This document shows, in pieces, positions 37,474 through 51,348 of a DNA stretch of 64,000 bases (its first letter is position 1; every line of letters begins with the position of its first letter). This DNA is from Azolla caroliniana. Taxonomy: Eukaryota; Plantae; Polypodiophyta. The stretch covers positions 27,280,001 to 27,344,000 of the forward strand of contig JBHGNT010000001.1 in NCBI GenBank assembly GCA_043228905.1. Direction: 5' to 3'. The notes below the pieces were generated by a model. It made no database searches, was not told the origin of the DNA, and was given only the letters and a program-made list of their open reading frames with translations. The position numbers were made by a program, and so were the translations under genes.

Positions 37474-38772
37474 AGAATCAATGTAACCAATGTAATACTC
37501 GATGATGTTATTCGATTTTTTAGAGGCCCAACTATTGCTTTATGGAGTCTATCTCACTCCGTGCTTACAATGAAATAGAGAAAATCCTAATTTTGTTCTT
37601 AGGTAGGCAATAGTGTGCACAAGTTGTCCACGACACAAGCCTCAACATCCAATTGTCTCATGCTATTAGAAACCTATACTCTGATATCAAGGTACTAGCC
37701 ATGCAAAGTGCATACAAGTATATCACAAAAGTCAAGAATATGCACCCGTAATATATTCCCCAAACAAGCTTGGAACATAGGACACAAGGTACAAAAAAGC
37801 GAACAAGAGCAAAATCCTCTCATCTAGATGGGTATGTGACATCATGAAATTGTTTTAAACATGGGAAGTAAAATATATCTACTGAAGCTCTAAGATGATG
37901 ATGCGAAGTACGCAATCATCAAGTATAGATTAATAGAGGCACTATGGATGAAGTAACAAGATGCTAAAATGTCTAAATTGGAATATGGCATCATGGCATC
38001 ATCGCCCTAGTATGAAGATATGCAAGGTATGCAATGAAAACCTAGTGGAGGATGAATATCACTTACTTCTAATATGCTCAGTGTATAAGGTAATTCATGA
38101 GAAGTATGATGACTTGCTATACTAGCGTAATGATTTAATTCTCATACTCAAATTCCCACCAAGAAGGGTGAGCACATATGCATGTGCACTATTTTCCCAT
38201 AGAGAGTTTTTACTGCATAGCAATAAGTGCCCTTCTTATGAAGAGATACACATAAGATGATATGCTCATTTGGTTCCAAAGCTTAAAATTGGCCTCCTCA
38301 TGGACGATAGAAAATGTATTCATCTTCTTCTTCTTTTGTGTGTGTGTACGAGATCTTCAAGGAGGGAAAGAAGCACAATAGATAAGTGATGTGTTTGATC
38401 ATGTCTTATGGTTGGAGTAAAAATTGGATCAAAGTGTTACTAAAGGTGGAGACGTAAGTAATGTCAATCTATCAAAATTTGGTGGTCAGCTTACTTGTGG
38501 CAAAATTATTTGGATGTAAAATGGAATTAAAGTTAAGTGGGTAAGTTGAAAAAAAATAGTAACAGAACTTATGGAGTTGTCTTTCGAAAACACTATAGCA
38601 CCATCAATCACCTTGTGACTCTTTAGGTAATAGAAGAAAGTCATCAAATTCAAAACCAGGAATTCCATTTCAATTCACTCCCAAAACACCCATTTGAGAG
38701 AGAGGGGGGGGGAGGAGAGTAAGAAGTTGAAATTGTGGATTTTACATACAATTAATATAATTGTGTGCTTTT

Positions 38773-38775
<3 letters not shown>

Positions 38776-38820
<45 letters not shown>
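38776..38820. repeat. (AG)n microsatellite
   Basis: Seen directly. Confidence 0.95.
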
Positions 38821-38825
<5 letters not shown>

Positions 38826-38879
38826 TATATAAGACCAAAGAAGCAATTATATCTTATGTATTGAGAGAGAGAGATGGTA

Positions 38880-39360
38880 TCAGGTAAATCTTGAGAGGTA
38901 AGGATTTATAATGGTGCTTCATAGGCTTCAAATTACCCACTTCCACCAACATTGTTTGGTCTATATAGTGGTGAGTTCAAACAAATGTTTGTCAAGTTTG
39001 TAAAGGAATAGGCATTGAAGAAGTTGATATCAGGAATGTGGTCTTCATGCTTTCATTGTGCAAATGATGTGTTGTTTATGGCAAATACTTTGAGAGATGT
39101 ATGAAAGATTATGAGGACATTGTAAGGGTTTTGCATCCATACAAAGTTGAGCATAAGTAATTCTAAAACGAATATTATGGTTACGAAGAACCAAAATAAG
39201 GATTAACCATGCATTATGTACAATAATGAGTCATTTGAAATCATGGAAAGCTTTAAATACCTTGCACTTGAAGTTCCCTCAAATTATCGATGGAATGAAT
39301 ATGCCACCCACCTCTTAAAGTTGAGAGACAAAGTTTATTATGCATTTGAGAACATATTGG
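38880..39360 (+). mobile_element. Degenerate LINE RT fragment
   Basis: Eroded PLPPTLFGLY, ANDVLFM and ESFKYL motifs, similar to the 25850-26674 remnant. Confidence 0.55.
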
Positions 39361-39771
39361 GTGGACTTATCGGGCAATAGCATCCCTAAATTTGATTTGA
39401 AAGATATGTAAAATGTCTAGAAGTGTGTACGCCTACTTCTTGAGAGAGGATCACTTCCCATCAAGAAGATGACCACGGAAAGGGTCATTAAGTACATGCT
39501 TGAGATAGGATCACTTCTAGGTTTTTTAAGCATTGTACTCATTCAATGACAAATCAAAATAAAGGAAATTAAATTTAAGAGTGTACTTCTTCTCCCAAGT
39601 GGCGTCAGGCACAATTCAATTCAAACCTTTAATTTAGAAATTTTTGGCTTGTTTTTTTTTCCAATAAAAATATTCTTCATTAGTAGAAATTCTACATACA
39701 TGACGAAATGATTAGTCTAACAACATTATAAAGGTTGTAGCCATGATAGGCCAATAAGAGAGCTCAAAGAC

Positions 39772-41030
39772 TCATAGTGGAAAACTAAAAAGAATGGTTG
39801 TCCATATGTTCATCCATGTAGTTGTCCATATGTGGATAGATACTACGTAATTATTCTTCCGTTCCCTTGTGCTCATCAGCATATGTAATAAATACCACAT
39901 GTTTGTTTTGTATAATATATCAGCACCTGCATAGATGTTGTACATAAAGACATATGCAGTCACATGTGATTCATCCAAACTCATTGTTTCTTCAAAAGCT
40001 TGCTTTCCAAGCTCTACATTTTCGCAGTTTCGACAAGCACCTAGCATAGTAAGCCACATCATGGTATTGGGATGTGGGATGGTGTTTTCTTCACTAGTTC
40101 TACTACTTCATCCAATTGGCCTGCACAGCCAAACAAATTAACCATGCAAATTTGATGCCCAACCAATGGATGAATTTCATAATTTCCAGTCATGGTTTCC
40201 CAATATGTTTGACCTTTATCTACCATGCATGTATGACTACAAGCATTGACCTCAACAAGAAAAATGACTGGATTTGGTAAAACCCCATTTCTTCTCATCT
40301 GGTCAAATACAGAGAAAACATTTTCAATTTCTTCAACTTGACCAAATCATGTAATCAGAACATTCCATGAGACTATATTTCGAGTTGGAAGCACATCAAA
40401 CACTTCACGTGCTTTCTCTAAGACTCCACGCTTAGCATATAGATCAACCAATGCATTGCCAACAACCTGGTTTCAATTCAGCATGCCCATCTCCTCAATC
40501 TTTGCATGAATTTCTTTGTCCTTTTCTATTGCTCCAATGCTAGCACAAGCTTTTAGAGTACATGCAAATGTGACAGAATTAGGATCTTGATACTCTGCTT
40601 TTGCATCTAATCAAAAGCATTAAGGGCCTCCTCGTCATGCTCCCCGTGCACATAACATGTGATCAATGTATTGTATGTCACTGTATCACATATGAGAAGT
40701 TTGTCAAACATTGCCTTTGCTTTTGTTAGCATGCCACATTTCAAATACATATCTACTAGTGCATTTCCAATAAGTTGGCTTTTTCTTAAAAGGTCTTTCC
40801 TCTCAGCATCGAAATGTATCTCCTCGCCCTTGTTTGTGGATCTAATGCAGCCACAAGCTTTCAAAATGCATGCATATGTGACTTCATCTCCAGAAATTCC
40901 TTGAAGTTACATCTTCTTGAATTGATTCAACGCCTCCTCACCTCTTTCGCTTTTTCAAGTGAGCCACATTTGGCATACATGTCAACTACTGCACTACCAA
41001 CATTTTGGCTCGTTTTCAATTCAACACCTA
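39772..41030 (-). pseudogene. PLS-E class PPR pseudogene
   Basis: Frameshifted and stop-interrupted fragments: GNALVDMYLKCG, VNACSHTCMVDKG, MWLTMLGACRNCENVELGKQAFE...AYVFMYNIYA. Confidence 0.88.
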
Positions 41031-41045
41031 CTTCAGCTACCCATG

Positions 41046-41222
41046 CAAACTTTCCATGCAGCCCATGCAGTTGTTTTCTTCAACATGTCTGTACTTACAT
41101 TGCGTTGAAGTTCTGAATTGCAGAATTCGGAACACCAAACTTTCCATGTTGCCCATGCAGCTGTTTTCTTCAACATGTGTGTACTTGCATTGTGTTGAAG
41201 TTCTGAATTGTAGAATTCGGAA
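41046..41222. repeat. 90-bp tandem duplication at the 5' end of the PPR pseudogene
   Basis: CAAACTTTCCATG...GAATTCGGAA occurs at ~41046 and ~41136. Confidence 0.85.
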
Positions 41223-41379
41223 TATATTTCACCGAATATAGCAATCACATGCAAAAGAAAATGATTCTACTGTCCTCGTCCCTTCATGAAAGTATGCATT
41301 AGCCCCCAACAATGTCACCACTCATCCTTATCAAACAAAGACAATATGCTTCCTTTTCCCCAACCAACATGTCGTCGAT

Positions 41380-42120
41380 TACCACCAACATCCACATCAA
41401 CCATCTCGCCATAGAATAGCAAAGGCTTGTACATACCAAAAAACATAATGACACTACTCTCTTTATCCCCTCATGAAATTCCGCTTCTTCCCCCGACACC
41501 ATCGTCGCTCATCCTTTACCAAAATAAACAATGTTCTTCGTTTTCCACATCAAACGTCTGTTCGTTTACCACCAAAGTCCTATACAAACAAAAATATAGT
41601 GAATGTGATGTCCTCATCCCCTCATAAAAAACTGCTTCAACCCCCAACCCCACCATGAGTCACTTATCCTTAGAAAATAGAAATTTTGCTTCAATGACCA
41701 CATCAACCATCTCGTTGTATACCACCAAGGACTTGTACCTACCAAAACTGAATGAAACTACTCTCCTAATCCCCTCATGAAATTATTCTTCATCCCCCTA
41801 CACCATCATCACTCATCGTTTACCACATCAACCGTTTATTCGTTTACCACAAAAATCCTGTACAAACAAAATTAGAATGAATGTGTTGTCCTCATCCCCT
41901 CATAAAAATCTAATTCAGCCCCTGACAACACCAACACTCATCCTTACCAATTTGAAATGCTTCAATGACCACATCACCATCTCATTGTATACCACCAAAG
42001 TCTTGTACCTACAAAAAACAGAATGAGACTAAAATTGCTTGGTTTCCACATCAACTGTCATCTCGATGTTTACCAACGAAATCCATCGGAATCCTCGACC
42101 ATCTCGCCGAAACCACCAAT
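41380..42120. repeat. Diverged ~270-300-bp tandem repeat (about 2.5 units)
   Basis: CCACATCA(A)CCATCTC...CTTGTAC recurs near 41390, 41700 and 41970; TGTCCTCATCCCCTCATAAAA recurs at ~41609 and ~41887. Confidence 0.7.
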
Positions 42121-42440
42121 ATTGAATAAATATTGTGGACTTCCTATTAAGTCATGTAGAATTTTTTGGCTTGTTTAGATCACAAAATGTTTAGTTAGAG
42201 CATCAAGAATGTTTTGTGCCAAATGTTGCATAATTGATCAATCCTTATGAAGTGCCAGATCTTTTATGGTTACCGTGTTATCGTTACTACGAAGATCTTT
42301 TAGGTGAGTAACATTAAAAACAGTATGAATGTCAAAACCATTAGGAAGATAGAGGCATTAAGCAAATGAACCATTATGTTATAGAACTATGAAAGGATCA
42401 CAATAGCGTAGGACTAATTTACCACACTTACATGTATAAA

Positions 42441-43547
42441 TGTTGAGAGATCAAGCTCAACTTAGTTTAGTTAGTTAGTCAAGAGGTAGAAGATGGAGAT
42501 CGCTTCAAACACATGTTCGAAGAAAGTTCGATTACGACCGAGCTTAGTGGGCCACAAGAGGCCCCACACGACCCAAGCACGTCGCGGCCAAGTACGAACT
42601 TGGACAAAGGCAAAGGTAAGATGCTCGAATACGAAGTCGATCACCCCGACGACAATGATTCGGATGGATAGGCTCCCTCACTAGATAGTGAGTTCGGTGT
42701 ACCCATCATGCATACACCCGGAGTAAAGAAGGCGCTCACATCGGCAAGCGAAAAACTTTGACGCTCTTCTAGAGAGAAGAATCTCGTCGCTTGGCTCGGC
42801 TACAACGAGTATATGGCCCATCATTACGCCTTCGCTATGAAGGTAGTGGCCGATCAAGAGCCCAAGAGCTCCACCGAAGCGGCTCGTAACCCACGATGGG
42901 TGGAAGTAGTCGACCTTCACCCACACGCTACAAGCCTTCGTCACCGGCTTGAGGGGGAGGACTCGAGATTGCCAAGGTGAACAAAGCCGAAGGCCGGACG
43001 GAAGCCGCACAGAAGCCGACATCGAAAGTCGGACAACGCCGAAAACAACACCGGATGTCGGAAGCCTCACACTTGAGCTTGAGGGGGCGTGTTGAGAGAT
43101 CAAACTCAACTTAGTTTAGTTAGTTAGTCAACACATGTAACTTAGTAGTTACCTAGATAGAATCTAGTTAGTGTGTTGACCATAAATCCTTAAATAGGAT
43201 TTTGTACTCGAGTGGGATACATTGTAGATCCACCACTCCATGCTCATTTAATATAGGACTTACACGTTGTACCTATATTCTCCTAGCACATGTGCACCCT
43301 TGCACATGAAACCTATATATACCTCATTGAAGGTATTTTTGTATTTGATGATAGTTGATGATATTTACCTTTTAATATACTTTATCATCCCCCATCTTGT
43401 TTTTGTGTTCATAAGTGTACTTCTCTCTCTCTTCCTCTCACGCACACATAAACGCACATATCACTTAATCTTCCGCTACGTAATCGCTTAACTTAATCAC
43501 ATAATTAGGTAATAATTATTCCTTAATTAATTACCTAATCCTTAACA
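42441..43547 (+). mobile_element. Internally deleted Copia element related to the 26675-37473 family
   Basis: TSD ATAAA at 42436-42440 and 43548-43552. Truncated 5' LTR (42441-42482), IN-RT linker fragment (DKGKGKMLEYE...GYNEYMAHHYAF), PPT GCTTGAGGGGGCG and full 3' LTR 43090-43547. Confidence 0.9.
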
Positions 43548-43629
43548 ATAAACTTTTGGAATTTTGAGGTACATGCAAGAAGACTTTTTTACAATGATTA
43601 AGAACATACAGATGCTTATTATTAATAAT

Positions 43630-44120
43630 CAACAATGGTTCGGCTTGAACCGAACTGAACCACGAAACCACAGCTTAACATTTTAAACAATTTGGTTCAA
43701 GTTCAGGTTTCTTTAAACAGTTCGGTTTGGTTTCGATTCGGTTTCAACAATTAGAAACCGCAGTTCAATCGGTTTAACGGTTTTTTTATTTTTTTATTTT
43801 TAAATATTTTGAAATTTTGAAAAACAAAATATAATTAAATTATTTTTTTAAGACAATCTTTTCATTTTCAATCCTTATTCTCACATTTTAGGAAAATCTT
43901 TAAATTTTTGAAAAGTTAAAATTTAAAATAATGAAATATTTTAAATTTTTAAATTTTGAATTTTGACCAAACCACGAAACCTCGATTTTAACGTTTTAAT
44001 GGTTTAACTGTTTGAATCTTTTTAAATGGTTCAGTTTAACAGTTTCGTGGTTCGGTTCGGTTCAAGTTTCAATTTTTTTAAACAGTTCGGTTTTGACACT
44101 CTCAAACCAAACCATTACTG
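43630..44120. mobile_element. Non-autonomous DNA transposon / MITE-like element (hAT-like)
   Basis: Imperfect terminal inverted repeats (CAACAATGGTTCGGCTTGA vs reverse complement CAGTAATGGTTTGGTTTGA), subterminal AACCG/CGGTT repeats and an AT-rich core. No clear TSD. Confidence 0.55.
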
Positions 44121-44290
44121 ATTGTTACTTATTATGATTGGCACAAAAATATGTCATTTCTTTGGCAATCTTAATAAATTACCATTTGCAATATACAACA
44201 TTTCATGCATATACTCTCTAATCCTCTCAATGAAAATTAACATCGATGGGGGCTCATGGTTAAAAGTCATACAACAACATAAAAAACTAT

Positions 44291-44606
44291 TATCCAATTG
44301 TAAGTATGTTTGGAGTTGTTGTAAGCAAATTCTAATAAGGGGAGCTATTGTTCCTGTTTTGTTGTCTTCTTTGCTACATAGCCTCAAAGCATATCCTCAA
44401 TTATCCGATTGTAAGTATATTTGGAGTTGTTGTAAGCAAATTCTAATAAGGGGAGCTATTGATCCTATTTTGTTGTCTTCTTTACTACATAGTCTCGAAG
44501 CATATCCTCAATTATCCAATTGTACGTATGTTTGGAGTTGTTGTAAGCAAATTCTAATAAGGGGAGCTATTGTTCCCTTCTTTGCTACATAGTCTCGAAG
44601 CATATT
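44291..44606. repeat. 111-bp tandem repeat (~2.8 copies)
   Basis: TATCC(A/G)ATTGTA... starts at 44291, 44402 and 44513. Confidence 0.9.
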
Positions 44607-44609
44607 CTT

Positions 44610-46815
44610 TTCTTGTTTCTTCCGACTCGGTCGGAAGAAACAAGAAGGTGGCTCGAGTCAGGTGTGGTTTCGACCGACGTGGTCAAGGGACCATCCAAGG
44701 GCGTAGCTCTGGAGGAGGTAACGAAGATGGTACAAGACCTCCAAATTGCTCAGGCCCGAATGGAAGGCGGCGGCCAAGCGCGAGATCGGCGCCCACCAAT
44801 AGATCAGAGATGCATGTTGTACGATGTTGTCAACCACGTGTGGAGAGACTGCGCTAATTTTACAGACGCACTCAAGAACAATGTTGTGTACCTGTGGAAC
44901 GGCCGGGTATACGCTTGTGAGACCCGAAAACCCCTCGAGCTGAACACCGGCCGAGGGGGGATGAAGAGGATAATGGACGAAGTTACGGCACGACATGTCA
45001 AGGCCAACCACTACTCGGCCTCGGCCAGCATCCGGGTAGACATAGAAAAGGGCACCGCCCCGGAATTGACACCGGATTTTTGTCGGTTATACTGGAAAGA
45101 TTCTCCAGGAAGCAGTTGAAGAAGGAAGAGGCGGACCGTGCGGAGATGCGAATCCAAGAGGTCACCGGGTGGAGGAGAAAACCAGTTTCGTGGAAGCAAC
45201 GTGCTAGAACTACGAGGTTCTGGTTGAAGACAAGCGAGTCATAGGGGCCAGTTCCTCTAACCAATACGACACCCGGAGCGAACCAAAGAAAAATGACGGG
45301 GGGGCGACCGGCTCACGGGAGAAAGAGAAGATGAAATTCTCAAGCTTCCGGTTGAGCTCGGAGATCGAGAAGACAACAGAATTGCGGAAGGTCTTAGAGG
45401 AGTGGATCCTCGATAGTAGGGTGGAACTCTCGTTAAGAGAAGTATTGGGGATCGCAAAGAAGGAGTTCCACGACTCGATTATCGACCTCGTGAAGAGGAA
45501 GCAGCTCTCAACAGAGCCGAAGCTAGAGAAGCCAGTCGAGGTGAAGACGGCCCACATCGAAGAGGTGGCAATGGAAGAAGAGTTTTCGGAGGCCAAATTG
45601 GGCAACAACAACAATGGAGACCCTTATTCGGATCGGGGACGTGAGAGAACCGGTAGTGACTATGATCGACCACAGATCGGAGATAAACCTGATGTCAATT
45701 GACTTCTATAGGAAGGGAAAGTGGTCGATCAACACGAAGCACAACTGAAAGATACGCACGACGACCCACACTACAGAGGAACTACACGGAGCATGTCGCA
45801 TGTCCGGGTGAAGGTCGAAGACGTTGAGATCGACCAACACTTCTTCGTACAGGAGACGTCCTCCCATCCAATGATACTCGACGAACCCTACATCATGGCA
45901 GCTCACATGGAGACGAAGGTGCTAGATAACGGTTCAGCATACGCACGGTTAACAGCCATGACGGATGGCACTCCGTCCAAATTTTGACGGTTCGGCCGAA
46001 TTAGGAGCGGAACCATGACTCTTTCGGCAGCGAAAGCTGAGAGGATTTTTTAAGAGGACTATCAAGGCGTGGGGCCACAATAGTCCAGACATTCAGAAGA
46101 ATCCCCACACTTGTACATTAGGTAGGAAATTTTGGTTCTCCGATAGCAAAGGTTGTACACTAATCGACATCGGTGGTCGGGAGAAGAGACAAGTCAAAGG
46201 CATGCGAAGCCTTGGGCCCCGACGACAAAGTCAGTGGCGTTGTGGAGGTGATCTCGTTAGATGACACCCTCAGGGAAATCGGGAGGGTGATCGATACGAG
46301 CTTGAGCGAAGACCGGATGATTCTGGCTAATTCCACTGAGATGTACGAGGTCATCGAGGACTTCGGGAGGCTGGTCGGACTATCGAGTCGACACCAAGTA
46401 CAAGACTGTGGACTGGAAGGTGAGGCCAGTCGTGGCTCCCTTACCGGAGGACAGTTAGGAGCGAATGAAGGGGGTCGCGATCGACCTAAGTCTACGAGAT
46501 CCGGTCGGCCTAAGGCATCGGGTCACCGACGAAACATTGCGGAAGTTGAAGATCGGTGGGGGTGGCTTTCTACTGTCAGCGGAGGAGGACCGGTTTCGGA
46601 GGATGCTCGAAAGGCACAGGAAAGCCCTTGCATTTTCGTCGGGGGAGATTGGGTGCGTCGACTCGACAATCATGGAACCAATGGTGATCTTCATAGTATC
46701 ACATGTACCATGGAACCTCAAACCAATTCCAGTGCTAAGAGCTCACATCCCAAAGTTGATGGAGCTACTCAAGGAAAAGGTCAACATGGGGATTCTCGAG
46801 CCGTTGAGTGCCCAT
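44610..46815 (+). mobile_element. GC-rich truncated Gypsy-type gag-protease-RT start (pseudogenised)
   Basis: Abrupt GC shift. Fragments include FRLSSEIE...VELSLREVLGIAKKEFHD, IDQHFFVQETSSHPMILDEPY and HVPWNLKPIPV.RAHIPKLMELLKEKVNMGILEP (RT N-terminus), which is cut at ~46815. Confidence 0.75.
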
Positions 46816-47149
46816 GACTTATATCATTTCTAGATATTTAAAGACTTGCGTTCAAAAATTACTAGCAAACATCAAATCTCTATCACTAACTATATCCATC
46901 AATAACATATGAATTTAGAATAAGTCGATTCATTAAATTATCATGTATTTAGTTTGTATAAACTTGGCTAATACGATTATTCAATCAACACCTCATATAG
47001 AGTCATGATTACCTCTTTGTGTTCAAGATAGATTAACAATAAAATCTATAGTGTAATTTCCCATTTATAGTTAGAATATATAGTAGATACGAATTAAGCC
47101 TTTAAGCCATTGTGCTTTATTTAACTAACATTGCAAACATTTTATTATA

Positions 47150-48300
47150 GAAATTTACATGTTGTGGCATAGTTTAGGCTAGAAAAAGGTTGTAGATGTT
47201 AGAATAAAGGTGTATCATGGCATAAAGAATATTTTTCTTTCTTTTTACACGAGGAAGATCTAGAACACAACCTTTCCCATTATGATTGAGAAAACTGCTA
47301 GAAATGGAAATGTCGACTTTGTGGGCACGGTAATTTCAATGTTTTCTTTACAATATTCAACTCTCATCTAATCTCTTTTAAAGAACCCGTCATCAAGTTA
47401 TTTTCCTCAAAGTTCAAAAAAATACCATATTTTAATTAAGTGAAGCTAAGGATTTTAACTTCACAAATCCATCTAAGAGCATTAACATTTTTTTATCATT
47501 GAACGTTTGCAATGCTGAATGGAAAGTTTGAAGTCTTGGATGAGGTTTACCCATCACCCTTTATGATCAATGAGATCACACTAATTGCAAAAATAGTATA
47601 AAGGTTGGTGGTTTGTTGTGACTACAAAACGGTTTCAATATATATAAATAACACCTTCCAAGTTATAAGTGCATGAATCACTGCAAAAAAATCTTTTTCT
47701 TGAATTGAATATTGATGTTGAGTAGAATCAAGTTTCTTCCATTTACAACCATTAGGTTTTTCATCTTGTTAAAGAACAACACCTATAACATAATTATTAA
47801 TGTTGGTTTCATCCTTGAAAGGTTTTGAGGGGTCAAACAACGTAAACGTAGGAGCAATGGATAAATGTTCCTTAAGAATGTTAGACTATTACTGTAAATG
47901 GTCATTCCTTGGAATTGGTTTAGTGGGCTTAAACATTTGATCTTTTAAAATATCACTAAAATATAGAGTCAATTGTATTGCGAAAAATTACAAATAGATT
48001 TTTGTAGAGAACTAATGAAAACCAGTAATGACTACAATTGTCTTGTTTGCCCTCTTTTGTTGTAATATCCACAAAAATAGAGAATGGTCTTAGTGTTTGA
48101 TAAAACTCGTTCCTTTTATGTGCAAATTTGAACTCACATTTAGTATGATGAACATAATCCTTGAGGGAACCAATTGACTTATTAGAGAGAATCATTACAT
48201 TTTGTATTGATTTAGTATGAGAAGGCAATTATAGGGCTTGTTGTTTAAAATAGCAACAAAGGACAACATATGAACATAAAATACCATCGGTGTCCTATAC
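47150..48300 (-). mobile_element. Highly eroded Gypsy RT/RNase H remnant
   Basis: Minus strand near 47670-47755 reads KKLDSTQHQYSIQEKDFFAVIHA (RNase H-like); near 48130-48160 it reads LKDYVHHTKCEF (RT-like). Confidence 0.55.
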
Positions 48301-51300
48301 CACAGAATATTACCTCGATGAAAGAATCCAATAGAAGAGAGCTTTGTCTCACCAATAAAGTAGTGGCAATGTCTCAAGGTGTCCTAACAAAGGGGGTAGC
48401 TAAATATCCCCTTTCTATAGCCCAATAACTTATTCTCCTAGAGCACAAATGTCTGATGTCCTTATGGTTTGTCCCAAGTCCAAATATAATTGGTTCCCAT
48501 TTATGTTGCCCTTGAACCATTAAAATAACCTTATCCTAAGGTTATTCGTACAATGGATAACTTCAAAGTAAAGCTATCTATCTAGGTTCATTGTATGCAA
48601 TTAAAGGGCTTTAAGCATTAGAACGAGATTGTACTTATTTATTGAAAAGTCTATTGATTATTTCCAAAGAAGGCGTAAGAATTTTTGCTAGTGAATTTTC
48701 TTAGCCTTCGAAGCAAGCATATTCGAAGTAAAAAATAATGAGATCTCAAGAGGCCGGACCCCGGTGAATGAAATATATAGAGATAGAATATGGTTGTTTG
48801 CGTAACAAGTAAGGAACTTTAAGAAAAAAAATGAGAGTGTACTTGTTTATTTAGAAGTTCCTTGATTCAATTCCAATGAAAAGGTACAAAATTTTGTTTG
48901 TGCTTTTTGTTAGATATTTGCGAACATTCAAAGCAAAAATAATGGGCCTTCAAGAGGAAGCCGGTGAATGACATGTAAAGAGCTTTCCTCCAACATTCTT
49001 ACAAGAGAATACATTTTGCCATTATTGTGAACGTATCATGCATTACTAGGAGTTGGTACCACATTCTTCAATATGACAACCATTGTCATTGGTCACATAA
49101 ATGGAAAAACTTGGCCCTTACTCGTAAAAAAAATCTCCAATTTAGTTCACTACAAGCAATACAAGATATTTAACTGACATGATCTCTTCTTCATTTCAAA
49201 AGCTTAATTTACTTATTTTTGAAACAAGGAAATCAAGAAAAGAACTTTGTGCATGAGCATAACATCCATACTTATACTAGCATAAAGGAAGACTAAAATT
49301 TAGTTACCCAAGTTTACTTGCTAAAGAAGAATGTTAATTGTCAAATGAGAGACATTTGAAATTATTGCATGTATTGCTGAACACTTATGCCTTACAACTT
49401 AAGATTGTACACTCAAGTCTTCCACAATGGCTTGATGTTTGTCCATAATGACTACATTTCATAAATCTAGTTTGTGATACTATATTACTACACAGTAATG
49501 ACCAGAAAAACATGGATAACAAGTATGGCATTTTAACTTTAAATATTGATTCAGTTTGAGGTCAAGCACAATAACAACGCGCTAACCACATTTATTCTTA
49601 CCTTAAAGCAACAACACTATAATTAAATGGATACTTTGTAAAACTCTTACAACTTTAAAATAGCACAAATTTGACTTAGAACATTTATTTCATTGCACTC
49701 CACATTTCATTTAACAAATTTGTATTAGAGTGATTAACCTGAATGCAACTTGTTTGTAGTGGTTGTGTGGCTTTAAAGATAATGATGAGTTCAAAAGCAA
49801 TGCATGTCCTCAAGTTGAGGATGTCTCCCTACAATTCTAAGGCTCAGCCGAAAGTACACTTTCAACATGATTTGACATTTCATCAATGAACAATTGTGAA
49901 ATAAACAAGTTGCATGGATTTAAGGATTCCTATAGCTTATACACCAATGGTTGACAATCCATCCAAAGCAAAGTTTTACATCACAAAAGCAATTGTGTAC
50001 AAAATATTAATGCCATCAAAGATAAGTGTATTCAATAGGTTGAGCCCATGGTGAGAGAGAGAGATGATTTATTATCTTCAAAGGTCAAATATGGGCTACG
50101 AGACCAAAAATATAACATTTTCACTTAGCACGTGCCAATGAATTCTATAATTGAAAGTGCACACTGTAAATATATGAGAAAATGTTCAAGGATTGGATGG
50201 GATCAAAGATCTGTGGAAAGCACAATCAAACATGATCAAAGTCAAAGTGTTGTATCAAATTATGATACTCAAACTCTTAAATTTGCTCCAAGAGAAAGAT
50301 GCATAGTCGACTAATCTTATCACGTGTGCCTACATGTCCCATTGCACATCAAAATGAGTGTGAACTAGGTCATATGGAACAAATGGTTCAAATGGCGGAC
50401 AATTAGATGGGCTCTAGCATGTGGCAATTTGTGTTATTTCCCCCATTTGACATTGTACACGATTTTGTACTTTGGTGTAATATAAGTAGCTCAATGCATG
50501 AAATGTGAGTTCCACATTTTTCCCATGTCATGATACATTAGGGTTGCAAAAAGACCTTGCTCACACAAAGGAATTTATTGTTGCATCATGGGCTGAGTGA
50601 ATTGTATCCCATGTTTCATGTTTTGCATCCCGGAATACAAAAAATGGGGTTTATGTGTCTTTTGGACATGTTTACACAATTCCCATGCGATTATAGGAAG
50701 TTGGGTTTGAATATGGCAAAATGCTTCCGGGATCTATGGAGAATGGATCATTGAAAGCAATTATAACTAAAACATGTTTGAACATGGTCCATTAATGGTT
50801 GATAAATGTGCATATAAACATATGTCATTTGCCTCCTTGCCATATTGCTCATACAAGATATATAAATTGTTCATATCATACCATTATATCACGTTTTTTA
50901 GTGTAGCAACCATACACAATGAGAGAGAAATAGTTTTTGACCATCCATCCATTGTTTATTGTGTGCATGCAATTATATGCAACCCTTGCAAATCATCCCA
51001 TCTAAGATCAAACATATTCAACTTAGCCTCATTCATGTACAGATGGCCTCTAAACATCTCTTGTACATATGGCAACCTCATTTTTTGTCATCGACAATGA
51101 CATCACTATTTACCTCCGAAGCAAACATGTGGTTGATCCTTTTCGGCTCGTGATAAGTTTGAAATCTTTTATGGCATGTCTTGTCCAACGGACACAAATG
51201 TCTATTCTGATTATAAACGTGAGGATAGATCGTCCATTTGGCATTGCCGTGTATGTGGAGCGTGCACGAGCAAGCACTTTTAATGCGTGTGCGAGTAAGT

Positions 51301-51348
51301 ATAGGGCTTCACAGATGCGTGTAGGGTGTCCCCATATACACGAACAAA

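Noticed and set aside
44122-44592. 156-aa Cys-containing repeat ORF
   Set aside because: Arises from the 111-bp tandem repeat; TTG start and no recognisable family.
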